From NCBI RefSeq assembly GCF_001194135.2, contig NC_068989.1, positions 56,446,231 to 56,490,431 on the forward strand: a stretch of DNA of 44,201 nt. The letters are read 5' to 3'. Made by a program: the position numbers and the translations under genes. Under the pieces are notes generated by a model that did no database searches, was not told the origin of the DNA, and worked only from the letters and a program-made list of their open reading frames with translations. Within the stretch, counting starts at the first letter, position 1, and each line of letters starts with the position of its first letter. The stretch comes from Octopus bimaculoides (Eukaryota). Below, piece by piece: positions 22,695-35,082 of this stretch.

Positions 22695-22853
22695 AGTGAT
22701 TTCAAGTAGACCTTTGTCGTGGTCAAAGTTGAGTTGTCCCATATAGTTACGGCTATGTAGGAACACTATAAAGACCTGCTTCATCCTCAAAGCAATGACT
22801 TGACGGCAGGATTTGTAAGCTTTGTCTCGTACTTCCATCACTTGTTCTAAATG
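22695..22853 (-). CDS. SMC6: SMC6 exon (HLEQVMEVRDKAYKSCRQVIALRMKQVFIVFLHSRNYMGQLNFDHDKGLLEIT)
   Basis: 159 nt, ctattgcag and gtaagt; R-x-Y-x-G-x-L/M-NFDH is the SMC6 motif just before the C-terminal head. Confidence 0.95.
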
Positions 22854-22991
22854 CTGCAATAGATGAAGAAAGAGCTTGTTAGTTGTAGATACAACCAGCA
22901 GAGATACCCTGCATTGCTTGGGATTAAAATGGCATAGTTTTTTATTGTTTTACTTGTTTCAGTCATGTGACTGCGGTCATGCTGGAGCACT

Positions 22992-23495
22992 GATCGAATT
23001 TTCCGTCAACTCTGTCTGAGAAATGATGAGGACCATACTAAACTCTTATACCATACCAAAGTGCAGTGGCTGTCAAAAGGAAACTGCGTTGTACACTTTG
23101 TTGAACTGTTTCATATAATTATATCTTTCTTTGAAGTTACTCCACTATCTGCTTCATTGATGGTTGCATTGATGGATGCTTTCCTTTGTGATATATTCAC
23201 AAAACTAAATGATTTGAATAAGTTATTGCAAGGAAACAGAAAAACTCACATTGACTGTAAATCATTTATCACTACCTTCATTTCGAAATTGGTGCTGTAT
23301 AAGACTAACATTTCAAAACGTTAATTCCCTCAATTTCCACACCTTGATTCTTTGAAAGATGAATTGGCTGATGAGGATTTAACTACATATCTCAACTATA
23401 TACAATCATTGCATGATGACATAGTGGAGTGATTTCATGATGTTACTGCACTGAAAATTCTAAACTGGTACAGTAATCAATTTGAGGTCGATGAC
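22992..23495 (+). pseudogene. hAT (Buster/Charlie, ZBED8/SCAND3-like) transposase fragment
   Basis: DRIFRQLCLRNDEDHTKLLYHTKVQWLSKGN (HTEVRWLS motif), FLCDIFTKLNDLNKLLQG, TFISKLVLYK.N, FPQFPHL, YIQSLHDDIVE*F; two in-frame stops. Confidence 0.88.
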
Positions 23496-23507
23496 ACTCC
23501 ATGGAAC

Positions 23508-23619
23508 CTAAGTAAGGCATGTGTAAAATTTAAATGAAATCAGTTATGTAGTTCTCGAGTTTTAGTGATGCACACATACACACAGACAGATACATACTCT
23601 CAGTTTTATATAGAGAGAT
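23508..23619 (+). mobile_element. Helitron-like 3' terminal module
   Basis: aaaatttaaatgaaatcagtt...gagtttt...(CA)/acagacaga...gttttatatagagagat; same layout as the 3' end at 12200-12297. Confidence 0.55.
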
Positions 23620-23839
23620 TAATGTTTAAATCATAATTGCTTTAATGTCCACATTACCACAGTTATATGGGACAGACAGCTTTCACAGAGGCAGATTTTT
23701 TTTATAGCCAGATGTCCTTCTTACTCTCAATTCTGGGTGCCTGAAATTGAAGGACATCACTTGTATGGTGACACTCATTTACAACCCTTGTGCAATATCA
23801 AAAAAAAGGGGAGACACAAATGTACACACATACATTTTA

Positions 23840-24002
23840 CTTGTGCTTGTATGGAAAGAAGATTGTTTTCACAATCATATGGTTCTGGGTTCAATCCCAT
23901 TGCAAGTCCCCTTGGGCAAGTGTGTCTTCTACTATAGCCTCAAGCTGACCGAAGTGTTGTGAGTGGATTTGGTAGATGGAAACTGAAAGAAACCCATTGT
24001 AT
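23840..24002 (+). mobile_element. SINE family S1 5' half
   Basis: ggttctgggttcaatccc B-box-like, cttgggcaagtgt..cttctactatagcc body. Confidence 0.75.
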
Positions 24003-24078
24003 ACATCATCATCATCATCATTTAACATTTGTTTTCCATGCTGGCCTGGGTTGGTATATATAGAAGCATTTGTGTGTA

Positions 24079-24120
<42 letters not shown>

Positions 24121-24384
24121 AGAGAGAGTGAGTGTTACTGTCACCTTGCCTTGACATCACATGATAGTTGTAAACAAGTGCATCTGTGATGTAAGCAGTT
24201 TCCCTTTGTTTCCAATATTTTGTGGAAATATGTTTAGTCAGTGAGGAAATGTAACCTTGCTTGGAAACAGGTGGGAGTTGGCAACAGGAAAAGCATTCTG
24301 GTGGTAGAAAATTTGTCTCAATAAATCCCATCTGACCATGCAAGAATGGAAAAGTGGCATTAAAACAATGATGATGATGCACAT

Positions 24385-24525
24385 GACAGGCTTCTTTCAG
24401 TTTCCATTTACTAAATCCACTCATGACTTGGAGAAGACAGTTACCCAAAGTGGCAAGCAGTGGGACTGAACCTGAAACCATGTTGCTGGTAAGCAACTTC
24501 TCAACCACACATCCATGCTTGCACT
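24385..24525 (-). mobile_element. SINE family S1 5' half
   Basis: Reverse complement of the S1 head and body. Confidence 0.7.
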
Positions 24526-24681
24526 TCAAAAATAAGAAAGTTCAGTATTAATACATTAAAACTGAGAATCTCTAAAGTGGGTTGTCAACAGTATTTAAAC
24601 ACACAATTTTTAACATGATTCCAAAGAAGCTCTGTAAAAAAAAAAAAAAAGAATGAAAATGAAGAAGTCAATGAAACTTAC

Positions 24682-24781
24682 ATTTAAAAAATTTTTTAAT
24701 GAACCAACTTCTTTCCTGATCTTTCGCAAGGCCTCTTTGGTTTCATGGTATCTACGAGTTGTAAAATCACAGTCTCCTTGT
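24682..24781 (-). CDS. SMC6: SMC6 exon (R-QGDCDFTTRRYHETKEALRKIRKEVGSLKNFLN)
   Basis: 100 nt, ttttgttgcag and gtaagt; starts in phase 2 as the previous exon requires; aligns to HGDREEIMRQYQEARE...LKKFI. Confidence 0.93.
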
Positions 24782-24986
24782 CTGCAACAAAATATACACA
24801 AATTGAAGTTATTTCAGTAACAAATGGGAAACCTACAAACAACACTAATTGTAAAATAATAGATTTTTATATTTAAATTTTTGTCCTAAAAAAATTAGTA
24901 AGCAGTTGTTATTGTTTAACCCAGCTTAATCAGAATTATGATCAAAGAGAGTCTAACCACAACCACCCTGTATTTTTAGGGGTATA

Positions 24987-25204
24987 TGAGAGAAGGTGCC
25001 GAAAAATTTCTGGCTTTAAAGGTATTACAAAAGACCTGGTTGGAGGCCCAACCTTTCGTATTTTTTACAGGAGTTAGAAAAACTGAAGGACCACTGTAAC
25101 AAGTGTGTGAATCTGAGAGGGGAATATGTTGAATAAAGTCATGATTAACTGATCCTCCTGTATTTTCTTTTACCCAAAGCCATGAATTTTTCAGCACCCC
25201 CTCG
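24987..25204 (+). mobile_element. Mariner deletion derivative (218 bp) with TIRs and TA TSD
   Basis: TA-TGAGAGAAGGTGCCGAAAAATTTCTGGCTTT ... AAAGCCATGAATTTTTCAGCACCCCCTCG-TA; the interior keeps a mariner C-terminus, LEKLKDHCNKCVNLRGEYVE*. Confidence 0.88.
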
Positions 25205-26581
25205 TATGTTAAGGACTACATTATCCAGTATATTCTTTTTTTTTATTCCTTACTTAAGCTGGTAGTGCATGACTTGAAGGACATTTGACTGCAGAGTAAG
25301 ATGAAGTTAAAAGTGATAATTTACTCAAGCTACTTCAGTGATAACACATCTTAGAAATGTAGATATGTATTGTGTGCCCCTGTATGACCAGATTACCCTG
25401 GTTAGAAGCAAAAAAAGTAGTGTACATGCATGCACCTATGTTTATGACAGGATGGTCAGAGCTGGAATTTCTTTGATCATAAGTCTGCTCAATCAGGTTT
25501 AACTGAATCAGACAAACATCACACTCACGACAGCCATAGCAACAAGACTATATTAACATCAACAACAAAAACCCTATGACTCTATTGAGCAAACAAGGGA
25601 ACCTTGCTGTGATCACATAACCAGTTAGAAACAACAGCCAAATTTCCATCATTTAATACTCTACTGTCTTTGATGATGAGATGACAGTGGCCACTGCTGT
25701 CATCATCATCCTCATATGTATGATTCCCAATTCCATGTTGGACAGATCCTAACAGTCTGAAGCAGATCTCATTTGGAGTCATTGCCCTCCTTGACGTTTT
25801 GGCTCATATGTTTTGTTTTGGGCCTGGTTTCTACTGCTAGAAGCCTTTCCTAATACTACCCACGTTAGAGAGTGTTGTAGGTGTATTTTATCATGGTATC
25901 AACACAAAAGAAGACACTTTAGAAGAAGTGGTCCTGGAAAGACTGTATGTGTGTGCGTGTGGAGAGAAAGGGAGGAAGAGAGAGAGATAGTTTTTTTATC
26001 TTTATTTTTATTGGAGGATAACCTTGCAACCCCAGATTTTTCTTTTCTAAATATCATGTAGTAGGAATGTTAGCAGAATCCCAAACATGAACTCACTACC
26101 CAGAAACTGAACTCTAAATTACTGAGTTCAAATGTGAAAGTAATCATAAAAAAAAAAAACAAAAGAGAGTCTTGTCAGGGATTGATGACATCAGCAAGCA
26201 TCTAATCTGATTTAGGTCCAGATAAACACATTAAAAATTGTTCTTATCAGTATTTGGGCTGACTAGCAAAATACAATAGATTCAGCAGATGCTTAACTTG
26301 TTAGAAACCCTGTACAATATTTTGCTGACACAGATCAAACCACTATCAGTTTTCCTACACTGTGTTTTAACCTATTGTAAACTAACACAACTGATAAGTA
26401 ATTTAAGAAAGAGTGGAACATGAAGGTGATATGATGAGAGATAATAATGAGCATGATGAAGAATAATAAATTATACAGACTTGTGTTTCTTACCAGTACA
26501 TATCATTAATTACCATTTAACCAGGTTTAAGGTGCCAGAATCATTAGCATGCTAGATAAAATGCTTTGCAGCAGTTCTTCC

Positions 26582-26738
26582 ATCTTTATAGTGTCAGTTC
26601 AAATTCTGCCAAGGTCAATTTTCCTTTCGTCCTTTCAGAATTGATAAAATAAGTACCAGGGTTGATGTAATTGACTACTTACCATCCCCAGAAATTTCAG
26701 GACTTGTGCCCTTAGCAGAATGGATTATTTAACCAGGT
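26582..26738 (+). mobile_element. SINE family S2, degenerate
   Basis: ttcaaattctgcc..aggtcaattt..cctttc..gataaaataagtacc..gatgtaattgact; forward copy of the S2 body. Confidence 0.7.
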
Positions 26739-26881
26739 GTATTGAGATCATTGTTAGGGTTGTCAGGCTAGTGTACATGGGTCTCAATCTATAGGATCTG
26801 TAGAGGGCTAATTGCTTTCAATGTTTCATAGAACCATTTAAACTATCCAGATTGAACTCAACAGTGGAGGACTTAACTACC

Positions 26882-27288
26882 TGTGGTGTAGCAGTAGTCT
26901 CTCTACTTGAGGTATAAAAGAAACCTCACTATCTGTGGTGTAAGAATTACCTCATCATTTATGGTGTAGGAAGTGCCTCACCATTTGAGGTGTATAAGTT
27001 GCCTCACTATTTGTGATGTCAGAATTCATCATCATTTAACGTTCCTTTTCCCATGCTGGCATGGGTTGGACAAGTATTGCCTCAACATCTGTGGTGTATG
27101 AGTTGCTTCACAATCTATGGTGCAAAGTTTGCCATGCCATATGTGGTGTAGAAGTTGCCTCACAATCTGTGGTGTAATGTTGCTTCACCATTGATAGTAT
27201 AACAGTTGCTGCATCATTTATAATGTTACTTTACCATTTGAAGTGTACAAATTACCTTACTATTTGTCGTATAGAGTTGTCTCCCAAC
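26882..27288. repeat. 26-bp degenerate minisatellite (about 14 units), interrupted by an RTE tail
   Basis: Approximate consensus TGTGGTGTAGAAGTTGCCTCACCATT; exact 26-bp periodicity at 26882, 26908, 26934, 26960, 26986, 27012; RTE tail piece at about 27028-27072. Confidence 0.88.
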
Positions 27289-27439
27289 TAAATGTACAGG
27301 CCTGCAAATTTAAGCACACTGACGAACATGGTCTCATTGATTTTCCAAAACATTACCTCATTGCATTACTGGTACACTGTTATTCACACATCAGGGTTAC
27401 AAAGAAAATGAACTTAGTGCTGGTTTTCTTGATGCATTT

Positions 27440-27800
27440 TGAGACTCCTGATGGTTTGCTGTGCTTGAGAAGACATGTCAAGCTAAGTAAAAGCGTGGTT
27501 ATCCTTGCATACATTCCTAATTTTGCAGGCTTGTGTGGGTACTGGTGCCTCATAAAAAGCACCTGTACTGGTGCCTCGTAAAAAGCACCTGTACTGGTGC
27601 TATGTAAACGCACCCATGCTGGTGCTGCATAAAGGCACCCAGTACACTCTGTAAAGTGGTTGGTATTAGGAAGGGCATCCAGCCATAGAAACCATGCCAA
27701 AACAGACAATGGAGCCTGGTCAGCTCTTCAGTCGACCAGCTCCTGTCAAACTGTCCAACCCATGCTAGGATGGAAAACAGACATTAACTGATGATGGTGA
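27440..27800 (+). mobile_element. RTE LINE 3' fragment with four 26-bp ggtgc..gcacc units
   Basis: tgctgtgcttgagaagac ORF2-end motif; tandem actggtgcctcataaaaagcacctgt; standard tail. Confidence 0.82.
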
Positions 27801-28124
27801 TTTGACTCTGAATCAAGTCTGATCAAGTAAACCAATGACAAAAAGTCTTCCAGACATAACCATCCAGGTTTTTTTTTCTAGGCACAGTATTACCCAGAAT
27901 GCCATACATTCCTGGTTCTTTTTCTGTTTTTGTAAGACGGTAGCATGTGATTTGAAGGAACTATGGTAGTTATTTCTAGCAGATCAAGGAACCATATTTT
28001 GACTCAGTTGTTGGCTCACCAACTTTCTTGTATTTGTTGGTGTTTTCTGGCAAAACATTATATTTTGTCATTTCCCCAGTACCAATGGGTGCAGGTATAC
28101 ACTGAAGTTTAGGGACAAAATAGT

Positions 28125-28626
28125 TTAACCCTTTAACATTCAGATTATTCTGTCAAATATAATGCTTCCTTATTTACATTCACCATCATCATCATCATCA
28201 TCATCATTTAACATCTGTTTTCCATGCCGGCATGGGTTGGACGGTTTGACTGAAAACTGGTAAGCCAGGGAGCTGCACCAGGTTCCAATCTGATTTGGCA
28301 TGATTTCTACAGCTGGATGCCCTTCCTAATGCCAATCACTCCAAGAGTGTAGTGGGAGCTCCTTACATACCACTGACACAGGTGCCAATTATGAAACACT
28401 GGCATCGGCCATGATTCTGATCACACATGGCTTGACAGGTCCTCTTCTCACGCTGTTTTGAATTAATCAAGCACTATCTCATAGCTCAGAGATTTTGATG
28501 ATGTGATTATATACTTTTAGAATGACACTGTAGGGTAGGTGTGAGAGGTCAGATCTGGGTGGTTTGAACATAAAACAGGTAAAATATTTGGGCTGGATAT
28601 GGCTGGTTTAAATGCTAGAGGGTTAA
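28125..28626. mobile_element. MITE family A copy 2 with nested RTE tail (about 28181-28453)
   Basis: TTAACCCTTTAACATT left end, AATGCTAGAGGGTTAA right end; MITE sequence resumes at gttttgaattaatc after the insert. Confidence 0.85.
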
Positions 28627-28742
28627 ACTGATCTCAACAAGTTAATACTGGCAAATATGGTAATTTGGAATAGAAAAATCAATAGGATCTGATGTTATCT
28701 ACACTTGTCAGGTGTTTTGGCTATGTCAGTATCTTTTACCTA

Positions 28743-29102
28743 TTACTTGTTACAGTCACTGGACGGTGGCCATGCTGGGGCATTGCCTTGAAGTAAAACA
28801 AATTGACTCCAGGGCTTATTTTTTTAAGTTTGATACATATTCTATTGGTTTTTTTTCCAAATCATGAAGTTACAGGGATGTAAACAAACCAATGCTGGTT
28901 GTTAGGTGGTTGGGGGAAGAGGACAAAGACGGGCATTAAGACACACAAACACATATGATGGGCTCTCACACAGTTTCTCTTTACCAGTTTCACTCGCAAG
29001 GCTTTGATTGGCCCAGAAGACACTTACTCAAGATGCTGTGTGGTAGGACTGAACCTGAAACCATGTGGTTGTCAAGCAACTTCTTAACGACACAGCCATG
29101 CT
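28743..29102 (-). mobile_element. SINE family S1, near full length
   Basis: Reverse complement of the S1 tail, body and head. Confidence 0.8.
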
Positions 29103-29254
29103 AGCACTTTAGAAAAGTGGTTGCTACCATTTTTTTTAGCAACTGGGTACCCACTTATAATAATTGAATATGGGTATACAAGTAGAGGTAGCAATACTTC
29201 CAATATTTTGGGGCCTTCTTAACTGAATAAGACTGGATGCAGTTAATATATATC

Positions 29255-29480
29255 TTAATCATTTGGCATTTAGATTTCTTTGTCAAATGTAATGCTTATT
29301 TATTCACAGTTTTGAATTAATCATACATTATCTCATAGCTTCAAGATTTTGATGAGGCGATTGTTTATTTTTCGAATGACATTGTAGGATAGGTGTGAGA
29401 GGCCTGATCTAGTTAGATTGGACATAAAACAAATAGAATATTTTAGTTGGATATGGCCAGTTTCAATGCTAAAGGGTTAA
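29255..29480. mobile_element. MITE family A copy 3
   Basis: Right TIR AATGCTAAAGGGTTAA intact; internal sequence shared. Confidence 0.8.
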
Positions 29481-30143
29481 AGAACTGGAGGTGGTTCATG
29501 TTTAACCACAAATAAACTCTGACAGAGCAGAATTATTATCAGACACTCCAGCCATGACATCTTGCTTTTTCTTAATCAGATATAGTGTATTTCAGACGAC
29601 CCTTTTTTTAAAGATAAGGTGAAATTTGAGAGAGATGTAGCTGTTATTACTAGCATGATGAACAACCTCATAGCTCTTCTACATTGACTTGAAAATTGCA
29701 TATTTTAGTATATTATGAGATTAATATATTAGGGAAGGAATTCTCTAGAGTGGCTGACTTCAGAAATGATGCAATGTAGAAAATGAATTGTAGTTACAAT
29801 ACACAAATTCAAGTGGCAGTATGGTGCAGTTGCTTAGTTCTGAAGAACAGAAAACTGGTAAAAGAATCAGAGAAACAGAGAGGACACAGAAAAGATGATG
29901 AATGAAGAACTCAAGATATTTTTCAATAATGGGCGATTTATTGGAGAAGCTAGAAAGGTTGTCATGTAAACCCTTAATGTGAGAGTTAATGTTGATGGTT
30001 TTGCAAGTGTACATCAGTAAAAATACACGACAATATTCAACATTACAAATATTACAAAGTTAATGAATGGTAATTAAAGTCAACAAACAAAACAATGGTA
30101 AGACAGCAAGAGACCTTACATATATGATTCCTCAGATACTCTA

Positions 30144-30176
<33 letters not shown>

Positions 30177-30309
30177 TGTAAAAATTTCAGTGATAACAAA
30201 AAACTGTAACATCATTGAAAATAAACAGCAATATTGTGTGTGTATGTATCCCAAAAGTAACCATACAGAGGTGAAGTAATATGTAAGAGAGACATAAAAT
30301 TAAGTTTAC

Positions 30310-30428
30310 CTCCTTTCTGTCGCTTCAACACGTTTATTTATCTCTGTTATCTCACTTTGAATATTCTGTGTTGTTCGTCGAGTATTAATTCTGTCTGGAC
30401 AGATAAGACATGCTTTCTCTTCATCCGC
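30310..30428 (-). CDS. SMC6: SMC6 exon (ADEEKACLICPDRINTRRTTQNIQSEITEINKRVEATER+2 nt)
   Basis: 119 nt, cttaatcag and gtaaac; ICPDRI matches SMC6 ICPERI; the phase-2 end is completed by the next exon. Confidence 0.93.
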
Positions 30429-30750
30429 CTGATTAAGCAATAAAAACAATATTTCACAAGCCTGCTGACAGTAGCAAATTTGACACACACACACACACAA
30501 TCATCATCATCTTTTTAATGTTCCTTATTTTCATGCTAGGATGTCATATTTTGTCTCTACTTTGGCCAAAGTGAAAATTTGTTCTGTCTGGCTCTAATGA
30601 AAGTAGCATCAATTTTTTTAGATCGTTCAATTTTTCTCAACTAATCAATAGACCAATTGAGTAAACCTGTCAGTAACATAACTATAATAACTACTGCAAA
30701 CAGCTGTAAGTTAAATTTGCTCTAATAATGGAAAAATAGTTAATGACCAT

Positions 30751-31443
30751 NNNNNNNNNNNNNNNNNNNNNNNNNNNNNNNNNNNNNNNNNNNNNNNNNN
30801 NNNNNNNNNNNNNNNNNNNNNNNNNNNNNNNNNNNNNNNNNNNNNNNNNNNNNNNNNNNNNNNNNNNNNNNNNNNNNNNNNNNNNNNNNNNNNNNNNNNN
30901 NNNNNNNNNNNNNNNNNNNNNNNNNNNNNNNNNNNNNNNNNNNNNNNNNNNNNNNNNNNNNNNNNNNNNNNNNNNNNNNNNNNNNNNNNNNNNNNNNNNN
31001 NNNNNNNNNNNNNNNNNNNNNNNNNNNNNNNNNNNNNNNNNNNNNNNNNNNNNNNNNNNNNNNNNNNNNNNNNNNNNNNNNNNNNNNNNNNNNNNNNNNN
31101 NNNNNNNNNNNNNNNNNNNNNNNNNNNNNNNNNNNNNNNNNNNNNNNNNNNNNNNNNNNNNNNNNNNNNNNNNNNNNNNNNNNNNNNNNNNNNNNNNNNN
31201 NNNNNNNNNNNNNNNNNNNNNNNNNNNNNNNNNNNNNNNNNNNNNNNNNNNNNNNNNNNNNNNNNNNNNNNNNNNNNNNNNNNNNNNNNNNNNNNNNNNN
31301 NNNNNNNNNNNNNNNNNNNNNNNNNNNNNNNNNNNNNNNNNNNNNNNNNNNNNNNNNNNNNNNNNNNNNNNNNNNNNNNNNNNNNNNNNNNNNNNNNNNN
31401 NNNNNNNNNNNNNNNNNNNNNNNNNNNNNNNNNNNNNNNNNNN
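30751..31443. other. Assembly gap (693 N)
   Basis: N run; the X-filled ORFs across it are artefacts. Confidence 1.
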
Positions 31444-31487
31444 AATAGGGAGAATGAGTAAAATGAAGAATTTGAACATTTTATGTT

Positions 31488-33690
31488 TGGTGGTGGAATA
31501 ATACAGTAGACAAGGCCATTAGAGCAAAGAAACAGGCCTGGAAAACCTGGAAGAGTGGGGGTAGCAGGGAACTGTACCAGATAGCCAGAAGGGAGGCTGA
31601 ACGACAGGTACACATAGCCAAGGGAGAAGCAGAAAAGAAGAAGTTTGCTAATGTTCAGCAATGTGAGGACCAAAGAACTAAAGTATTTCAGATTGCAAGA
31701 CAGTGTGTGAGAGAAAATTGTGATGTCACAGGAGAGAAATGTATCCACATGGATGATAGTGCACTTGCTTTTAATGATTCTGAAAAGAAAGAGGCTTGGA
31801 GAAGCCATTATGAAAGGCTGCTGAATGTTGAGAATGAATGGGGGGAAGAGAGCCAGTAGAGGGACCAGCGATCCAAACAGAAAGCACCCTGGGACATAAA
31901 GCAATTAAGGATATGAAATCAGGAAAAGCCCCTGGCCCATCAGAAATCACTGCTGAGATGCTTAAAATATCTGGTGATGTGGGTCATGGCCTAGTCACCT
32001 GTATTGTAAACAGGTAGTTCATGAAGGAGTCATACCCAATGACTCGCGTAGCAGCACCATAGTCAACTGCTACAAAGGTAAAGGAGATGCTCTAGGTAGA
32101 ATTAACTACAGGTGTATCAAACAACTGGATCAGATAATGAAGGTCACGGAGAAGGTCATAGCCCAAATAATTAGGGAGAGAGTCTGCTTAGATGAGATGC
32201 AGTTCGGTTTTGTGCCAGGTAGAAGCACCACTGATGCTATATTCCTAGTACAGCAACTGCAGGAGAAATACCTAGCCAAAGATAAACCCCTATACTTGCC
32301 TTTTGTTGACCTGGAGAAAGCCTTTGACAGGATCCCCCAATCCCTTATCTAGTGGGTGATGCAGAAACTGGGGATTGACGAGTGGTCAATAAGAGCTGTA
32401 CAGAGATACCGTTAGTAAGGTAAGGGTCAGCAATGAGTATAGCAAAGAATTCTGCGTAGAAGTAGGGGTTCACTAAGGATCAGCCATAAGCTCCCTCTTA
32501 TTCATCATAGTCCTCCAGGCAATAACAGAGGAATTCAAGACAGGCTGCCCCTGGGAGCTCCTCTACGCTGATGACCTTGCTCTCATAGCAGAATCACTAC
32601 TAGAACTAGAGAAGAAATTTCTGGTGTGGAAGCAAGGTTTAGAATCGAAGGGCCTTAGAGTCAATGATGCAAAAACCAAAGTCCTAGTAAGTAGGAAAGC
32701 GAACACATCACAAACCCCTTCGGGTAGATAGCCCTGCTTGATCTGTAGAAAAGGTGTAGGTAGAAACACCATAAGATATACCCAGTGTAAGCTATGAATG
32801 CATAAGAGGTGCAGCAACATCAAAGGAAGGTTAACTGGGATGATAGCTTTCATGTGTGGCAGATGCACAGGGGCAATAAACACTGCAGATGCTCAGAAAA
32901 CTGATTCCATCACATGCCAGGGGAAGAAACTAGAAGTAGTAGATAGCTTCCGCTACCAAGGTAACCAAGTCTATAGGAGGGGTGAATGCTCAGAGAGCAT
33001 TGCCACAAGAATAAGAATAGCCTGGGCAAAGTTCAGAAACCTCTACTAGTGACAAAAGGCCTCTCGCTCAGAGTGAAAGGTAGATTGTACGATGTATGTG
33101 TGTGAACTGCCATGCTTCACTGCAGTGAAACATGGGCCGTGACTGCTGAAGACATGCATAGGCTCAAAAGAAATTAAGCTAGTATGATCTACTGGATGTG
33201 TAATGTCAGTGTGCACACACGACAGAGTGTAAGCATTCTGAGAGAAATGTTGGACATAAGAAGCATCAGATGTGGTGTGCAAGAGAGATGTTTGCTTTGG
33301 TATGGTCATATGTACATATGGATGAGGAGAGTTGTGTGAAGAAGTGTCACACCCTAACAGTGGAAGAGGGAGACCCAAGAAGACATGAGATGAGTGGTGA
33401 AGCATGACCTTTGAACATTGGGCTTCACAGAGGCAATGATGAAAGACCAAGACCTCTGGAGATATACTGTGATTGATAAAACCTGGCAAGGAAAGTGAGA
33501 TCACAGCTGTAGCCTACACCAGTGTCGCATAACCAGCCCATTTAAAAAGTATCTTTGAATTGTCGGGCGGCATTCCATGCTTGATGAGACCTGTTCAGTC
33601 AAGTAAATTAAAATCAAATCAAATCACAATCAAATGGAAATTGTAGTTGTGGCCATTATCAGTGCCAGTGGCATGCGATAAGCACCATTC
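31488..33690 (+). mobile_element. RTE-clade LINE, long disrupted ORF2 remnant
   Basis: WWWNNTVDKAIRAKKQAW linker; KSGKAPGP; MQFGFVPGRSTTDAIF; FVDLEKAFD; WELLYADDL; C4HC3 insert; ends LWRYTVIDKTWQGK* at 33498; many stops and frameshifts. Confidence 0.95.
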
Positions 33691-33974
33691 ATTCATTCAA
33701 GCACAGGCAAGATCAGTTTTGGCAAGGTTTTTACAGCTGGATGCCCTTCCAAATGCCAACAACTTTGCAGTGTGGACTGGATGCTTTTTAAGTGGCAATT
33801 GCACTGACAGGGTCACCAAGTAACTTGCAAGACAAAAATATTTTGAGAGGGGAGGAAGCATTGGAGGAGGTGATCTTGTGTCAGATGATGAAAGGTTATA
33901 GTGAGGCGGAGAGACAGAAACAGGTGTGCTGTCACAAAGGAGATACATGGTTACCCAACCAGAGGGAAGTGCAG

Positions 33975-34122
33975 GAGAAGAGGGAGGGAGAGAGAGAGGG
34001 AAGGAGGAGAGAGAGAGAGAGAGAGAGAGAGAGGGAAGGAGGAGAGAGAGAGAGAGAGAGAGTGGGNNNNNNNNNNAGAGAGAGAGAGGGAAGGAGGAGA
34101 GAGAGAGAGAGAGAGAGTGGGA
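33975..34122. repeat. (GA)n/GGA-rich microsatellite containing a 10-N gap (34067-34076)
   Basis: Sequence on either side of the Ns is near-duplicated, suggesting a contig overlap. Confidence 0.9.
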
Positions 34123-34412
34123 GACAGCAGGATAGAGATGGTGGCAAAGTGCCAGGTATATTCACAAGGGACAAATATCCATAAAGAAATGAAGAGATTA
34201 CAGTGACAAATATGCTATCATTGTCATGTCTGCTGCTGAAGATATCAATGACGATGATGCTGATGACCATTATTATATTTTAACCATTGTTATCTCATTT
34301 TTATCTAAATGATAAGAAAATACTGAGAGGAGGATAGCAGGTAAGTATTGCAATAGCATTTATTTTGCAAGCAATGTCTCATTCCTAAGAAATAAAGAAA
34401 TCCTTGACTTAC

Positions 34413-34550
34413 CTTGATTTCAGTATTTATTTTTTCTATAATGGCAATTTTCTGAGATATTTTCTTTTGTTGTTCATCAAATTTTTTTTCATAGTGGGTA
34501 TTATAAGACTTTGCTTCAGCATGGTCGGTCAGAAGCCGTGCTTCCTCCTC
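34413..34550 (-). CDS. SMC6: SMC6 exon (EEEARLLTDHAEAKSYNTHYEKK...INTEIK), coiled coil
   Basis: 138 nt, ttttcccag and gtaagt; HYEKK matches HYEEK of SMC6; inside ORF 34305..34568. Confidence 0.93.
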
Positions 34551-34861
34551 CTGGGAAAACATACACAAAATGTTGATGTGTTTAAGTGTGTGTGCGTATG
34601 TATGCTTGCATGAATATGTAAATGTATATGCGTATATTTACAAACACAAACATGTATATGCATATGTATTTACTGTATGTGCGTATAGAAAAAACAAATT
34701 ATAATCACCATGATTGAAATCGTAGATACTACAGCAATAAAAAAAAGAAAGATTTAAACCAGGAATTAAATATCTGACTTTTACACACATAAACTGAGAC
34801 ATGTGTGTGTGCATATACATTTTTGGAATAGGCTGTGTTGTGTTTTTAGGCAAGATATTTT

Positions 34862-35082
34862 ATTTCACGTTGCTCCAATTCACTCAGCTGTAGAAATGAG
34901 TTGTGACATCACTGGTGCCAAGCTGTATCGGCCTTTGCCTTTCCCTTGGACATCACTGCTAACATGAAGAGGAGAGACTGGTATACACAGGTGACTGCTG
35001 GTCTTCCACAAACAGCCTTGCCTGGACTCATGCCTTGGAGGGGAAAATTCTAGGTGCAATCTGATAGTCATTCATGACTGAA
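34862..35082 (+). mobile_element. SINE body related to S3
   Basis: tttcacgttgctccaattcactcagctgtagaaatgag parallels ttcaccttgctgcagtccactcagctggcaaaaatg of S3. Confidence 0.6.

Noticed and set aside
26882-27288. CRISPR array
   Set aside because: Contiguous diverged units, no unique spacers, no cas genes, eukaryotic intron context.
30691-31904. Long ORFs of 252-397 aa
   Set aside because: Artefacts of translating through 693 N.
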